This document shows positions 1 to 11,607 of a stretch of 64,000 nt of DNA, one piece after another. A program made the position numbers and the translations under genes. The notes beneath the pieces were generated by a model that worked only from the letters and a program-made list of their open reading frames with translations, made no database searches and was not told where the DNA came from. The DNA comes from Scenedesmus sp. PABB004 (Eukaryota): positions 558,001-622,000 of the forward strand of contig JABVCE010000009.1 in NCBI GenBank assembly GCA_014905635.1, in the 5' to 3' direction. Every line of letters starts with the position of its first letter. The first letter of the stretch is position 1.

Positions 1-1029
<1,029 letters not shown>

Positions 1030-1303
1030 GAGAGAGGGATTGATTTTGTTTCTTTGGGGAGGAGAGAGGCGGGGCGGGGTGCGGGGCGAGAGCTGGGCGG
1101 CGGGCGGCGGCGCTGGCCCGTGCCGGCGCCGCGGCCGGCGGCAGGTGACGTGTCGCTGGTTCCACGCGGGCCGGTCAGCTCGCCAGCTTTGCCTGCTCTT
1201 CCCCACACGCAACCAGGCCAGACGCGGCAGCCAGCCCGCTCACAGGGCCAGCTGCCGCCAGGCCGTGGCCCGCGACTGCAGCGCACACGCGCGGCGCGCG
1301 CGC

Positions 1304-4300
1304 TCAGGGCCTGGCCGCGAGCGCCGCGCCGCCGCCGCCCGGCGCCGCCGCGGACGCGACCGCCGACGCCGACGCGACCGCGCTGGCCACGAGGCGCCGC
1401 ATCGAGTCGAGCGCGCCGCGCTCCGCCAGGATGCGCTGAAGGTCGCGCCGCAGCGCCGCGCGCTCCGCCGCTGCGTCGCGCACGGCGTCGTCCTTGGCCC
1501 GCAGCGCCTCCTGCGCGGCGCGGCGCGGCGCACGCGCGTGAGAGACGGGCAGCGGCGGGCGGCCGCGGCCCCGCAACGCTCGCGGCGCTCCTCGCGCCCC
1601 TGGGGCAGCGCGCACCTGCGCCGCGGCGAGGCCTGCCTGCGCTGCGTTGAGCTGCGCCAGCAGGTAGGCCTGCGGCTGGCCCACGAGCGCGAGCTGGGCC
1701 CGCAGCTTCTCCGCGGCGCCGCGCGCCCTGTCGAGCTCGCCTGCGGGGCGGCGGGGCGGGCGGGCGGCGGCCCTCGGCAGCACGCTAAGGCGGCGCGCGG
1801 CAGGACGCGCCCGCCGACGGGGCTGGCGGCCGGGCGCCGCCGCGTTGGCCGCCGGTGCGCCCCGCACCCTGCAGCGCCGTCTGCTCTCGCGCGAGCGCCT
1901 GCTTATCGCCCTCCAGCCGCGCGCAGCGCGCCGCGAGCTGGATATTGTGCCTGATGCGGCGCTGCAGCGCGGCCGCGAGCTGGCGGTCGTGCTGCTGCGC
2001 CGCCGCGCCGCGCGCGTCGCCCGCGTCGCCGCCCGGCGGCGGCAGCAGCGCCGCCAGCTGCTGCTCCAGGCCCGCCACGCTGCCCTCGCCTGCGTGCGGC
2101 GCGGCAGGTCGTGCGGCAGCGCGGCCGCGGCGCACCGCCCCCCGCGCCCGCTCGGCTCCCCACCCCCTGCTGCCCCGAGCGGCGCCGCCGCGCGCTGCGC
2201 TCACCCTCCGCGACCGCGGCGGCGACCGCCTGATCGAGCGCGCCGTCGGCGGCATCAAACTCACGCAGCCGCGCGTGCGCCGCGGCGAGCTGCGCGCGCA
2301 GGTCGGCGACGAGCGCGCGCGCTTCGCCCTCCTGCGCCGCGAGCTCGGCGCCGAGCAGCTGCGCCTTCTCGGCCAGCATCTCTGCCTGCAGGCTGAGCTG
2401 CGCCACCGCGCCGCCGCGCTCCTCGGCCAGCGCCTGCACGTGCGCGAGCTCAAAGCCCTTCACCTTCAGCTCGCCCAGCAGCTCGCTGCGCGACACGTCC
2501 GCGGCCGCCGCCGCGGTGCGGCTGGACAGCAGCAGGTCCTCGTGCTCAGACCGCAGCGCGCGCAGCTCGGCCTTGAGCCGCGACGCCTCGTCGAGCGCGG
2601 CGTCGCGCAGGTCGCTGCGGCGCGGCGCCGGCGGGGCGGGCGTGGGCGCGCGGGGCGCGGTGCACGGCGCGCACGCAGGGAGCGCCGCCGGCCCGCGCGC
2701 CGAGGCACGCACCGCAGCAGCCGGCCCTCGCGCTCAGCGGCCTCGGCCGACTCGCTGCGGATGCGCTCCAGGTCGGCCGCCGCCGCCGCTTGCAGCCGCG
2801 CGACCTCGCGCTCCCAGCGGCTCTCGCCCTGCGGCAGCGGGCGCGGTCGGCGAGCGGTGGGGCCGCCGCCTGGCGGCCGTCAATCGCACCGCTGGCGCCC
2901 CTGAGAGCGCCGCCCACCTGCTCGCGGCTGGCCTCGCTCGCCGCCGCCAGCTTGACGTAAAGCTCCTGGCGCTCGGCCTTGAGCTGGGCCACCTTGTCCT
3001 CGGCCGCGGCCAGCCGCGCCGAGAACTGCGCCAACCGGTCCTCGCACACCTGCGAGCGCACGGCCACGCCGCCCCCGCCGCTCGGCACCGCGGGCAGAGG
3101 CCCGCCGGCCATGCCGCCGTGCTGCGCCGCGCCGCGGTGCACGCCCAGGCACACCTGCACCTCCTTGCTGAGGTAGGCCTTGTCTGAGACCAGCAGCGCC
3201 ATGCTCGCCTCGCGCTCCCCCGTCGCGGCGTCCGCCGCCGCGAGCTGCGCGCGCAGGCGCTCGGCCGCCGACTCGGCCCCCGCCAGCCGCGCGACCTCGC
3301 CCTCCTGCGCGGCGGGGCGTGGGCGCCCTCCCCGCGCGGCACGGCGCGCCGCGGCGCCGCATGCGCTGGCACCAACGCACCAGCCTCTCGGCGCGGGCCT
3401 GCAGCTCGTCATACATCGCCGCTTTTGCCCGCGCGACCTCGAGCTGCACCGAGACGTCCTCCAGCTCGCTGCCGAGCCGCGCCACGCGCGCCTGCAGCCC
3501 CGCGACCGCCGCCTCCACCTCTGCCTCGCTGTCGGCCTGCGGCGCGCGCGGCGGGCGCAAATGCGTGGGCGGAGCGGCGCGCGCGCGGCCGGCCGGCCGG
3601 CGCGGCTGCCAGCTCACGCGCTCGCTCGCTCACCGCCGCCGCCGCGAGCCGCGCGTTGTCGCGCGTCAGCCGCGCCAGCTCGGCCTCCTGCCGCGCCGCC
3701 GCCTCGCGCGCGCCGGCCGCCGCGAGGCGCAGGCGCTCGTTGTCCGCCGACAGCTCCGCCAGCGCCTCGTGCACGGCCATGCGCACCGCGTCCGGCAGTG
3801 CCAGCCGGTCGCTCGGGACCTGCACGTCGCGCCGCGGCCAGGGGGTGGCGGCGCCGGCGCCGGCGGCGGCGGGCAAGGGTGGCCGGCCGCGCGGCGTGCG
3901 GGGCGGGGCGCGCGCCGCCAGCCGCTGCGCCCTCAGCGGCGGCCGGCCGATGGCCCCTCCGCGCCAGCGCGCGGGGCCGCTCCCGTGCCGCTTGACGCGC
4001 GCACCCGCTTGAGCTGCTCGTAGCGCTCGTCGCTGATGGCGAGCTGGCGCAGCGCGGCGCGCGCGTCACGCAGCTGCTGCCGCACCGACGGCGCGCTCTC
4101 CTCGACCTGCGCCTGGCGCTGGTGCAGGTCGCTGAGCTCCTCATCAATGTGCTGCTGCAGGCGCGCCAGCTCCGCGTCGCGCAGCGCGAGCTCGCGCGCG
4201 TGCCGCGCGTCGGCGGCCTTGCGCTGCAGCAGCAGCTCCAGTACCTGCGCCGCCGCGCGGTGACGGCGCACTGGGCGCGGCGCTGGGCGCGGCGGTGCCG

Positions 4301-4790
4301 CCAGTGCCGCGCTTGTCGCTGTCCAGTCCGGCGCTGCGCACCTTGCTCTCCAGCTCCGCGACGTGCCGCTTCACGCCGCTGCTGCCCGGCCGCGGGGGCG
4401 CCGCTCCAGCTGGACGTCCGCGTCTGCGCACGCGGCGGCGGGCCGGTGGGCGTTGGGCGCGCGCGCCCGGCTGCGCGCCCTCCGACCCCGCCCGAGCGCA
4501 GCCGTGCGCACCCGGCGCGGTGTCGCTGTCGCTGCCCGCGTCGGTCTTGGTCGCGTCCGACAGGCCCAGCGTCACCGACGAGTCCTCGCCCTCGTCGTCG
4601 AGGCGCCCCGCCGCCGCGTCGCCTTCGCCGCCGCGCGGCGCCGCCGCCTCGCCCGCGCCGCCGCTCTGCGCGCACGCGCCGCCGCGCGCGTGGGCGGCCG
4701 CGGCGCCGGGCCGGGCGCTTGCGCGCGCCGTCGCACCTCCAGGTCGCGGATGAGGCGGTGCAGCTTCGTCCTCACACGCGCGGACGACAT
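1304..4790 (-). CDS. PIBF1: PIBF1/CEP90-like coiled-coil centriolar protein (multi-exon)
   Basis: Starts MSSARVRTKLHRLIRDLE (ATG 4790). Segments ELKVKGFELAHVQALAEE, QRRIRHNIQLAARCARLE, QPQAYLL and LRRDLQRILAERGALDSMRRLV resemble, from recall, the PIBF1 C-terminal half (ELKLKSFE.., RRLKQSVHLARRVLQLE, QPYRYL, DLEQLLNHREELAAMKQIL). Confidence 0.75.
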
Positions 4791-5242
4791 TTTGGCGGCG
4801 GTTGCGGCTGCGTTCGCCCGCCGCGCCGCGCCGGGCCGCCCGCACGCCCCGGCGGCTGTGCGGGGGCGCTGGGCGAGCTGCCGGCTGCTCACACGGGCGT
4901 CCAGCGGCTGCGCCGGAAGCAGCAGCAGCAGACGGCGGGGCGTCGCGGGCAACAACGAGCAGCGGCGGCGCGCGCTGGCAAGCAATCGAGGGCGCCGCGG
5001 TGGCGGGTGGTGGCAGTGGTGCACGTGCTGGTGCTGCAAGCAGACGGCAGCCACGCAGTCGCGTGCCGAGCGAGGGTTCGCGAGCGGCGCCGTCGGGCGC
5101 GGCGACAGACGACGCTGCTAGCTCTGGCCCGACCCCACAAGCCCCGCCATCACGCACTCTCGGCCGCTGCCACCCCACTGCCGCAGCGGCCCGCGCCGCC
5201 GGCCAGAGCAGCGCGCAGCGCCGGCCACGCGTGGGCGCTGCG

Positions 5243-7241
5243 ATGCTGGGCCGCCTGCGCCAGGCGCTCTGGCCGGCGCCGCCGAAGCCGCCGTCGGTGG
5301 CCGCCGCGGAGGCGGCGTTCGCGCCTGACGAGCTGGCCGCGATCCGCCGCGAGCACGCCGCGCTGTCGCCCGCCGCGCCCCCGGGCGCGCTCGACGCCGC
5401 GCGCCTCCTGCAGTGGGCGGGGCTCGCGCACGCGGCGCCGGCGCTGCGGGAGGGGCTGTGCGCCGCCGTGGCGCGGCTGTCGGGCGGCGATGGCAGCATC
5501 ACGGTCGACGGCGTCGTCGTGGCCAAGGCGCGGCGGGGGCGCGCCGCTGCTGCGCAGCGCGGCCGGGCGGCGCCGCCGCGCGCTGGGCGAGCGCGCGCGC
5601 CGCCCCCGCGGCGGGCCACGCAACGCCAACAGGCGCGCTGCGAGCGCATGGGCCGCGCCGCGGCGGAAGACTTTGGCTTTGACGTCCTGGCGTCCGCTGC
5701 CGCCGGCGGCGCGGGCGTGCCCAGGTGCGGCGCGCGGCGGCCCGCGCCAGGGCCCGACGCGCGGCGGCGGGCCGACCCCGCCCCGCCCCCCGTGGCGCAG
5801 GGCGCACGTCGCGGCGGTGGTGCAGGGCTGCCTGGCGCTGGCGCTGGCGGGCGGCGCCGGCGACGGCGCCGCGGCGCCGCCCGACCTCGCCGGCGCCGCC
5901 GCCGCGATCGCGGCGGGGTGAGCGGGCCGTGCGCCACAGCGCGCCTTGTGTGCGCGCACGCGCCTGCGGGCCCGCCCTCCTGAGCGGCCCGCCTGCCCTC
6001 GCACGCGCAGGGCGTGCTCGTACGACGGCGGCCAGGGCTCCGACTGCATGACGCGGGACGGCTACGCGGCGCTCTGCAAAGCCGTGAGCGACCCGGCCGC
6101 CGCCGCGCGCCCCCCTCCCGCCCTGCCGCCGCCCGCGCCTCACCGCGCGCCGCCGCGCCCGGCGCCCCGCGTCGCAGTCGCCGGCGCTCAATGCGGCGCT
6201 GACCTCGCTGCTGCACGACATCGGCGCCAGCGCCGGCAGCAGCGCCAGCGAGCGCCACGAGCCTGCGGCGCGCGCCGCCACGCCCGCCGGCTCGGCCGCG
6301 CGCCTGCTGGAGGACGAGCGGCAGCGCGACGCGGGCGCGGGCGCGTCGCGGCACAGCTCGGGCGGCCGCGGCCTGGGCGCTGCGGGCCCTGGGCCCGGCA
6401 GCGCCGCGCTCGCCGCAGCGGCCGCAGGCGCCGCGCCGCGCGGCCCCGGGCGGCTGCAGCTCCCGGCGCTCGGCTGGGGGCTGGCCAGCCCGGCCGAGGG
6501 CCTGCTGTCGCCGGGCTGGGTGTGGCTGCTGGCGCCGGGCCTCGCGCCCGCGCTGCGCGTGGAGTGGCGGCTCCTGTTCAGCAGCGCGCGCCACGGCGCC
6601 AGCTACTCGACCCTGCTCTCGCGCGTCGCCGGCGCTGGCGCGACGCTGCTGCTCGTGCGGGACAAGCGCGGCGCGCTGTTCGGCGGGCTCGCGCACGCGC
6701 CGTGGGCCAAGGCTGGCGCGTTCTACGGTGCGGCGCCGCCCGCGGCCCCTGTCGTCGACGCCGCCGCGCCGAGCGCGCGACGCCGCCGCGCCGCCGCGCC
6801 GCCGCCGCGCCGGCAGGCGACTTCGCTTCGAGCATTTTCAGCCTGCTCCCGGCCGCGCGGCTGCACCCAGCGTCGGGCATCAACGCCAACATCCAGTGGT
6901 GCGGCGCCGGGTTCAGGGAGCTCCCGAATGGCCTCGGCTTTGGCGGCCAGGTCGGGCACTTTGGGGTCTGGGTGGACGCCACGATGGACACGGGCATGAG
7001 CCGGCCCACCGCGACGTACGCCAGCCCGTGCCTGGCGAGCGCACAGACGTTTGAGGTGGGCGCGGTCGAACTGTGGGCGCTCGCGCCGCCCGACGAGGAC
7101 GACGCGCCGCGCGGCGGCGGCGCGGCGCCCGGTGCGGCCGGCGCGCGGGACAAAGCGCGAGAGGACAGGCGAATCTTGGAGCTGGGCGGCGTGGCAGTCA
7201 CCCACAGCGCGGGCCTGGAGGAGCCGCTGGACGAGGGCTAG
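5243..7241 (+). CDS. TLDc-domain protein (TLDC1/MEAK7-like)
   Basis: WRLLFSSARHGASYSTLL..GATLLLVRDKRGALFGG..W..FYG|DFASSIFSL..NIQW..PNGLGFGGQ..FGVWVD..TYASPCL..FEVGAVELW is a TLDc domain. TAG at 7239-7241. Confidence 0.9.
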
Positions 7242-7606
7242 GCACCATGCACAGCGCGTGGCCGTGAGTCACTTGAGGGCGGCAGGCGAGCGGGCGGCGG
7301 CGGCGGCCGAAACGATCGCCCAATTTTGGCCCGGTCCGACGTCCGGGGAGTTCACAACACCTTGAACGGACGCGCGAGCAGAGCAAGCCGCCGGGCAGCG
7401 AGCTCAGGCAGTCAGCTGCGAGCAGCCTCAGGCTCCTCCCGCGCGCCGGCAGCTCGATACCCGCTGCCGCCGCGCCAGAGGCTTCCCTGTGACCTCTTTC
7501 AACGTCATGCCGAGCTGCTGGACGATGCCGGGCCTCGCCGCGACGGGTCCGTCGTCGCAGTGACCATCGCTTTTCTTGCCGAGCCCCCTGCGCCCCCGCT
7601 CTGCAC

Positions 7607-8119
7607 ATGGGGAGGCTGATGCGGGTCCTGCAGGCGCTGCTGGAGCCCCGGCAGCCGGCGGCAGCAGTAGCAGCGGCGGCCGGCGGCGCCGTGGCCACAG
7701 GAAAGCGCAGCAAGCGGCAGGAGCGTGAGCCGCCGGTCGTGATAGACGTGCAGGTCGTGCTGGACGCGCTGGTGGAAGTGACGACCACGCCGTGCGCGCC
7801 CGCGCTCGCGTGGCCGGAGGTGTGGCGGCGCTCGCTCGACCAGCCGCGCGGCGGCGCCGGCGGCGGCGGCGACGCTGAGCAGCCGCCAGGCTGGGGCGAG
7901 GCCGCTGAGCACACGCCCTGCTTCTGGGTCGTGGGCTCGGTGCCGGTGGAGGTGCCGGCGGCGCCGCTGCTGGTGCAGCCACGCCCGTCCGCCGCGGACG
8001 GCAGCCTCGACTCGCTGGCGGTCGTGAAGCTGGTGGACCACGCCAGTGCGGGCCCGCTCGCGTACAGGGGGGTGGGCCCCCCGGCACCAGAGGTGCCATG
8101 GCGCCTGGGGTGGTTGTGA
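7607..8119 (+). CDS. Doubtful hypothetical ORF (170 aa) or gene fragment; possibly continuous with ORF 7326-7619 through a 1-nt slip in a G run
   Basis: Protein-like composition (VVIDVQVVLDALVEV, CFWVVGSVPVEV), unlike GC-artefact ORFs. No family recognised. Confidence 0.3.
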   Translation: MGRLMRVLQALLEPRQPAAAVAAAAGGAVATGKRSKRQEREPPVVIDVQVVLDALVEVTTTPCAPALAWPEVWRRSLDQPRGGAGGGGDAEQPPGWGEAAEHTPCFWVVGSVPVEVPAAPLLVQPRPSAADGSLDSLAVVKLVDHASAGPLAYRGVGPPAPEVPWRLGWL

Positions 8120-8760
8120 CGGGCGGCGCTCGGGCTGGGCCTCCCTCCTAATTGGTTTGGCTGCTCATTGCTTCGAACACACCCACACCTGGCTGGGATC
8201 TCTGATGATGATGAGGAACACCAATGCACGCACCTCACCTGCACTGCGCGACGGGCGGGATTGAGACCTCTCGCTCCCTGACGGCGCGCTGGTGGCAGCC
8301 TGGCAGCCAGCTCTCGGCGAGCCCGGCGGATCTGTCGTCCTGTCGGGGGGGGGGGGGGGGAGGGGGGGGGGGGGCAATTGTGGAATTTGAGCGCTGCGCG
8401 GCGGCTGCGTGGCGTGTCGGTCAGCACATTGCTGGCCGCTGTGGGACGAGGGTGCAGCCCCTCGTCGGCGCCCCTCTATGGCTGGCGCGTCGGTCGCGTC
8501 GGTCGCGCGCCGGGCGGGCGGGACTGGGCGGGCGAGCCGCCGTGGGGGCTTACTAGGATGGGGCCTACTAGGATACTCAGGACCAGTGGTTCAGTAGTAA
8601 TTTACCGTCACAGCGACATGCGCGCGCCCAACCCGGCGCTCGCCGCACGGCACGCAGGCGCCCGCCACCAGCCGAGCCGCTGCCGCTCGCCGCCAGCTGA
8701 GCCGACCGGCCCGGCGCTCGGCCGCCGCGCGGCGGCTGCACGCGGCCGCCGTGGCGGGTC

Positions 8761-11575
8761 TCAGGCAAACCAGTCGTTGTCGTCGCCGCCGCCCGCGCTG
8801 TCGTCGGCGGCGAGCAGCATCAGGTCCGCCGCGTCCTCGATCTCCCCGCCCACGGCCGCCAGCAGCGACAGCGCGTCCCCGCCGCCCGCCGCGGGCGCGG
8901 GCGCGGGTGCGGCCGCGCCGGCCGTGCCAGACTTTTTCTTCGCCGCCGGCTTGGCCGCCGCCGGCGGCGCGGCCTTGCCGCTGCCGCGCGCCTTGCCGCT
9001 GCCGTGCGCCTTGCCGCCCCGGCCGCTTGGCGCCGGCGGCGGCTTGGCGGCCGCGCCCGATGGCCGCGGCTTGGCCGCGGGCGCCGGCGGCGCCGCCGCC
9101 GCCGCTGGCGCTGGCGGCTGAGCCGAGGGCGGCGGGGCGGCGGCCGCGGGCAGCCGCTGATGCTGCTGCTGGCGCTGCCGGCCGCTGTCGCCGCCCTCGT
9201 CGCCGTCGCTGCCCCCCACAGCCTCCTCCTCCGGCGCCTCCTCCTCCTCCTCCTCCTCCTCCTCGTCCTCCTCCTCGCCGTCGTCGCCGTCGGCGCGCCG
9301 CCGCTTGGCGCCGCGCCGCGCCGCGCCGGGCGGCACAGCAGGTGCGCCGTCGAGCACGTGGTCTGAGAAGACGTACGTCACGTAGTTGTCGCGCGCAAAG
9401 TCCTTCATCGCCTGGCCGCGCGCGTGTGTGGGGTGTGGGTGTGGGTTGGGGGGGGGGGGGGGGGGCGTGTGCAGCGGGCGGGCGGGCGGGCAGGCAAGCA
9501 GGACTCGCGTGCGCACGCCGCGGCCGGCGGTCGGCGCGCGGCGCGCGCCGCGCGCCGCACCTGCCAGGTGGGGTCGGGCGAGTCGGCGGCGCGCGTGAGG
9601 TGCGCCCACACCATGACGCCCTGCTGCTCCGCCTCGCCGCCGGCGCCGGACGACGCCGCCGCGGCGGCGGCGCGCTCGGCGCAGCTCGCCATCGCCTCGG
9701 CGCTGCCGTCGCAGCCGCACTTTATCGCCGCGTGCGTCTCGCAGCGCGTCGCGGGGTTGACGCGGAACAGGGAGCGCAGCTCGTCGCGGCTGAACGTGCG
9801 CACCTGCAGCGGCGGCGGCGGCGTGCGTGCGTGTGTGGGGCGGCAGGGACCAAGGGCGGCGCGGCGCGCAGCGCGCTGCCCGCCGCCGGGCAGCGCGCGC
9901 AGCGGCGGTCGTGCGCGGCAGGCGCCGCCGCGGCAGCGCGCCACACCTCCTGGCCCACTTCGTCGACGAGCGCCTCGCTGAGGCCCTGCTTGGCGAGCTG
10001 GCGCTGGAGCACCTTCTCCTCGATGCTGCCCGCGGTCAGCAGGCGGTAGATCCTGGGACAGGGTTTAGACGGGCGGCGGCACGATGAAGGGGTCAAGGGT
10101 TTAGGGGCAGACGCAGCAGCCCTGACGGCGCCGCCAGGCGCCGCGGGGGAGCGGCGCGCGCGGGGGCCCGGGCAGGCTGCCGCCCGCGCCCGCGCCGCAC
10201 CAGACGCGCTTCTTCTGGCCCTCGCGCCACACCTACGGCACGGGCGGCGCGCAGCGTGGGCGGCGCGCGCGGGGGCCGGCGGGGTGCGCGCGCGGCGCGG
10301 CGGCCGCCCGCCCGCGCGGCGCGCCGGGACTCACGCGCGCCATGGCCTGCAGGTCGTTGGCGGGGTTCCAGTCTGCGGCGGCGGCGGCGCGCCGGCGCTT
10401 GTGCGGGCGCTCTTTCGCCGCGGCGGCGCGCCGCCCTCGCCGCTCAGCCTGCCCAGCCTCCACCACTCAGGCACTCCCACCCCGCCCGCCGCGCCCCGCG
10501 CCGCATGAGCAGCGCTCACCCGGGTCGAAGAGCACCAGGCGGTTGGCGCCGACGATGTTGAGCCCCACGCCGCCCGCCTTGGACGACAGCAGCAGCACAA
10601 AGCTCGGGTGCTGTGCCGCGCGCGGCGGGCAGGCCGCGACGGGCGGGGCGTGGCGGGCAGGGCGTGGCGGGCAGGACGACGGCAGGGCGCGGGGCGCGTG
10701 GAGTGGCGCGCGGGCGCGGGCGGCAGCGCTGCAAGCACGCCGCGCGGTCGTGCGGCGGCGGCGGGTGCGGCAGCTGCTGCGGCGGCGGCGCGCACCGCTG
10801 GGTCGTTGAAGGTGTCGACCAGCGCCTGGCGCTGCTTGACACTGCAGCTGCCGTCCAGGCGCAGCGTGGTCCAGCCGTTCACGTCGCACATGACCTGAAG
10901 CACGTCCAGCGCCTCTGCGGCGGTGCGGCGCACGCGCGGGCGCGAGCTGGCGGTGGGCGGCCGCCCGGCAGCAGGCCGGGCCAACCCAAGGCGCCCTGCC
11001 GCGGCCGCGCACCGGTGTAGTTGCTGAGGGTGGTGGTGTGCGTGTGTTCGTGTGCGTGTGGGGAGGGAGGGGGTGGGTTCGAGAGAGGCCCCAAATCGCG
11101 CCAGCTGAGCGGCGCCTCCGCGCCGCGCGGCCGCGCGCCGCCCCCGCCCCGCCCCCAGGAGGCGGGGCGGAAGGGGGCCCAGCGCGGCGCACCTGACCAG
11201 CACCGCCTTGTCGGTCGGCTCCGACGCGCGCACGGCCTGCAGCAGCGCCTGCAGCACCATCACCTTGCCTGCCGCGGCAGCGCGCACAGCGCGCGCGTCG
11301 GCGGCAACGCCGGCAGCGGCGCCCCTCGGCCCACGCCACGCGGCTGCAGCGGCGGCGGCGCGGCCCCTTCACCCCTGGCAACCTCGGCCCGCCCGCCGCA
11401 CCCGAGTGGAAGGCCTGGCACTTGCCCGCCTGGTAGGCAGGGTACACGTCGGCCTGGCCAAACAGGCCCTCGCAGCCCTCAAAGCCGTTGAGCTGCCCCC
11501 GCGCCCCGCCCGCGCCGCTGCCGCGCTTCTTGGCGCCCTTGCCGCCGCCCTTCTTCTTGCCGCCCTTGCCGGTGT

Positions 11576-11607
<32 letters not shown>

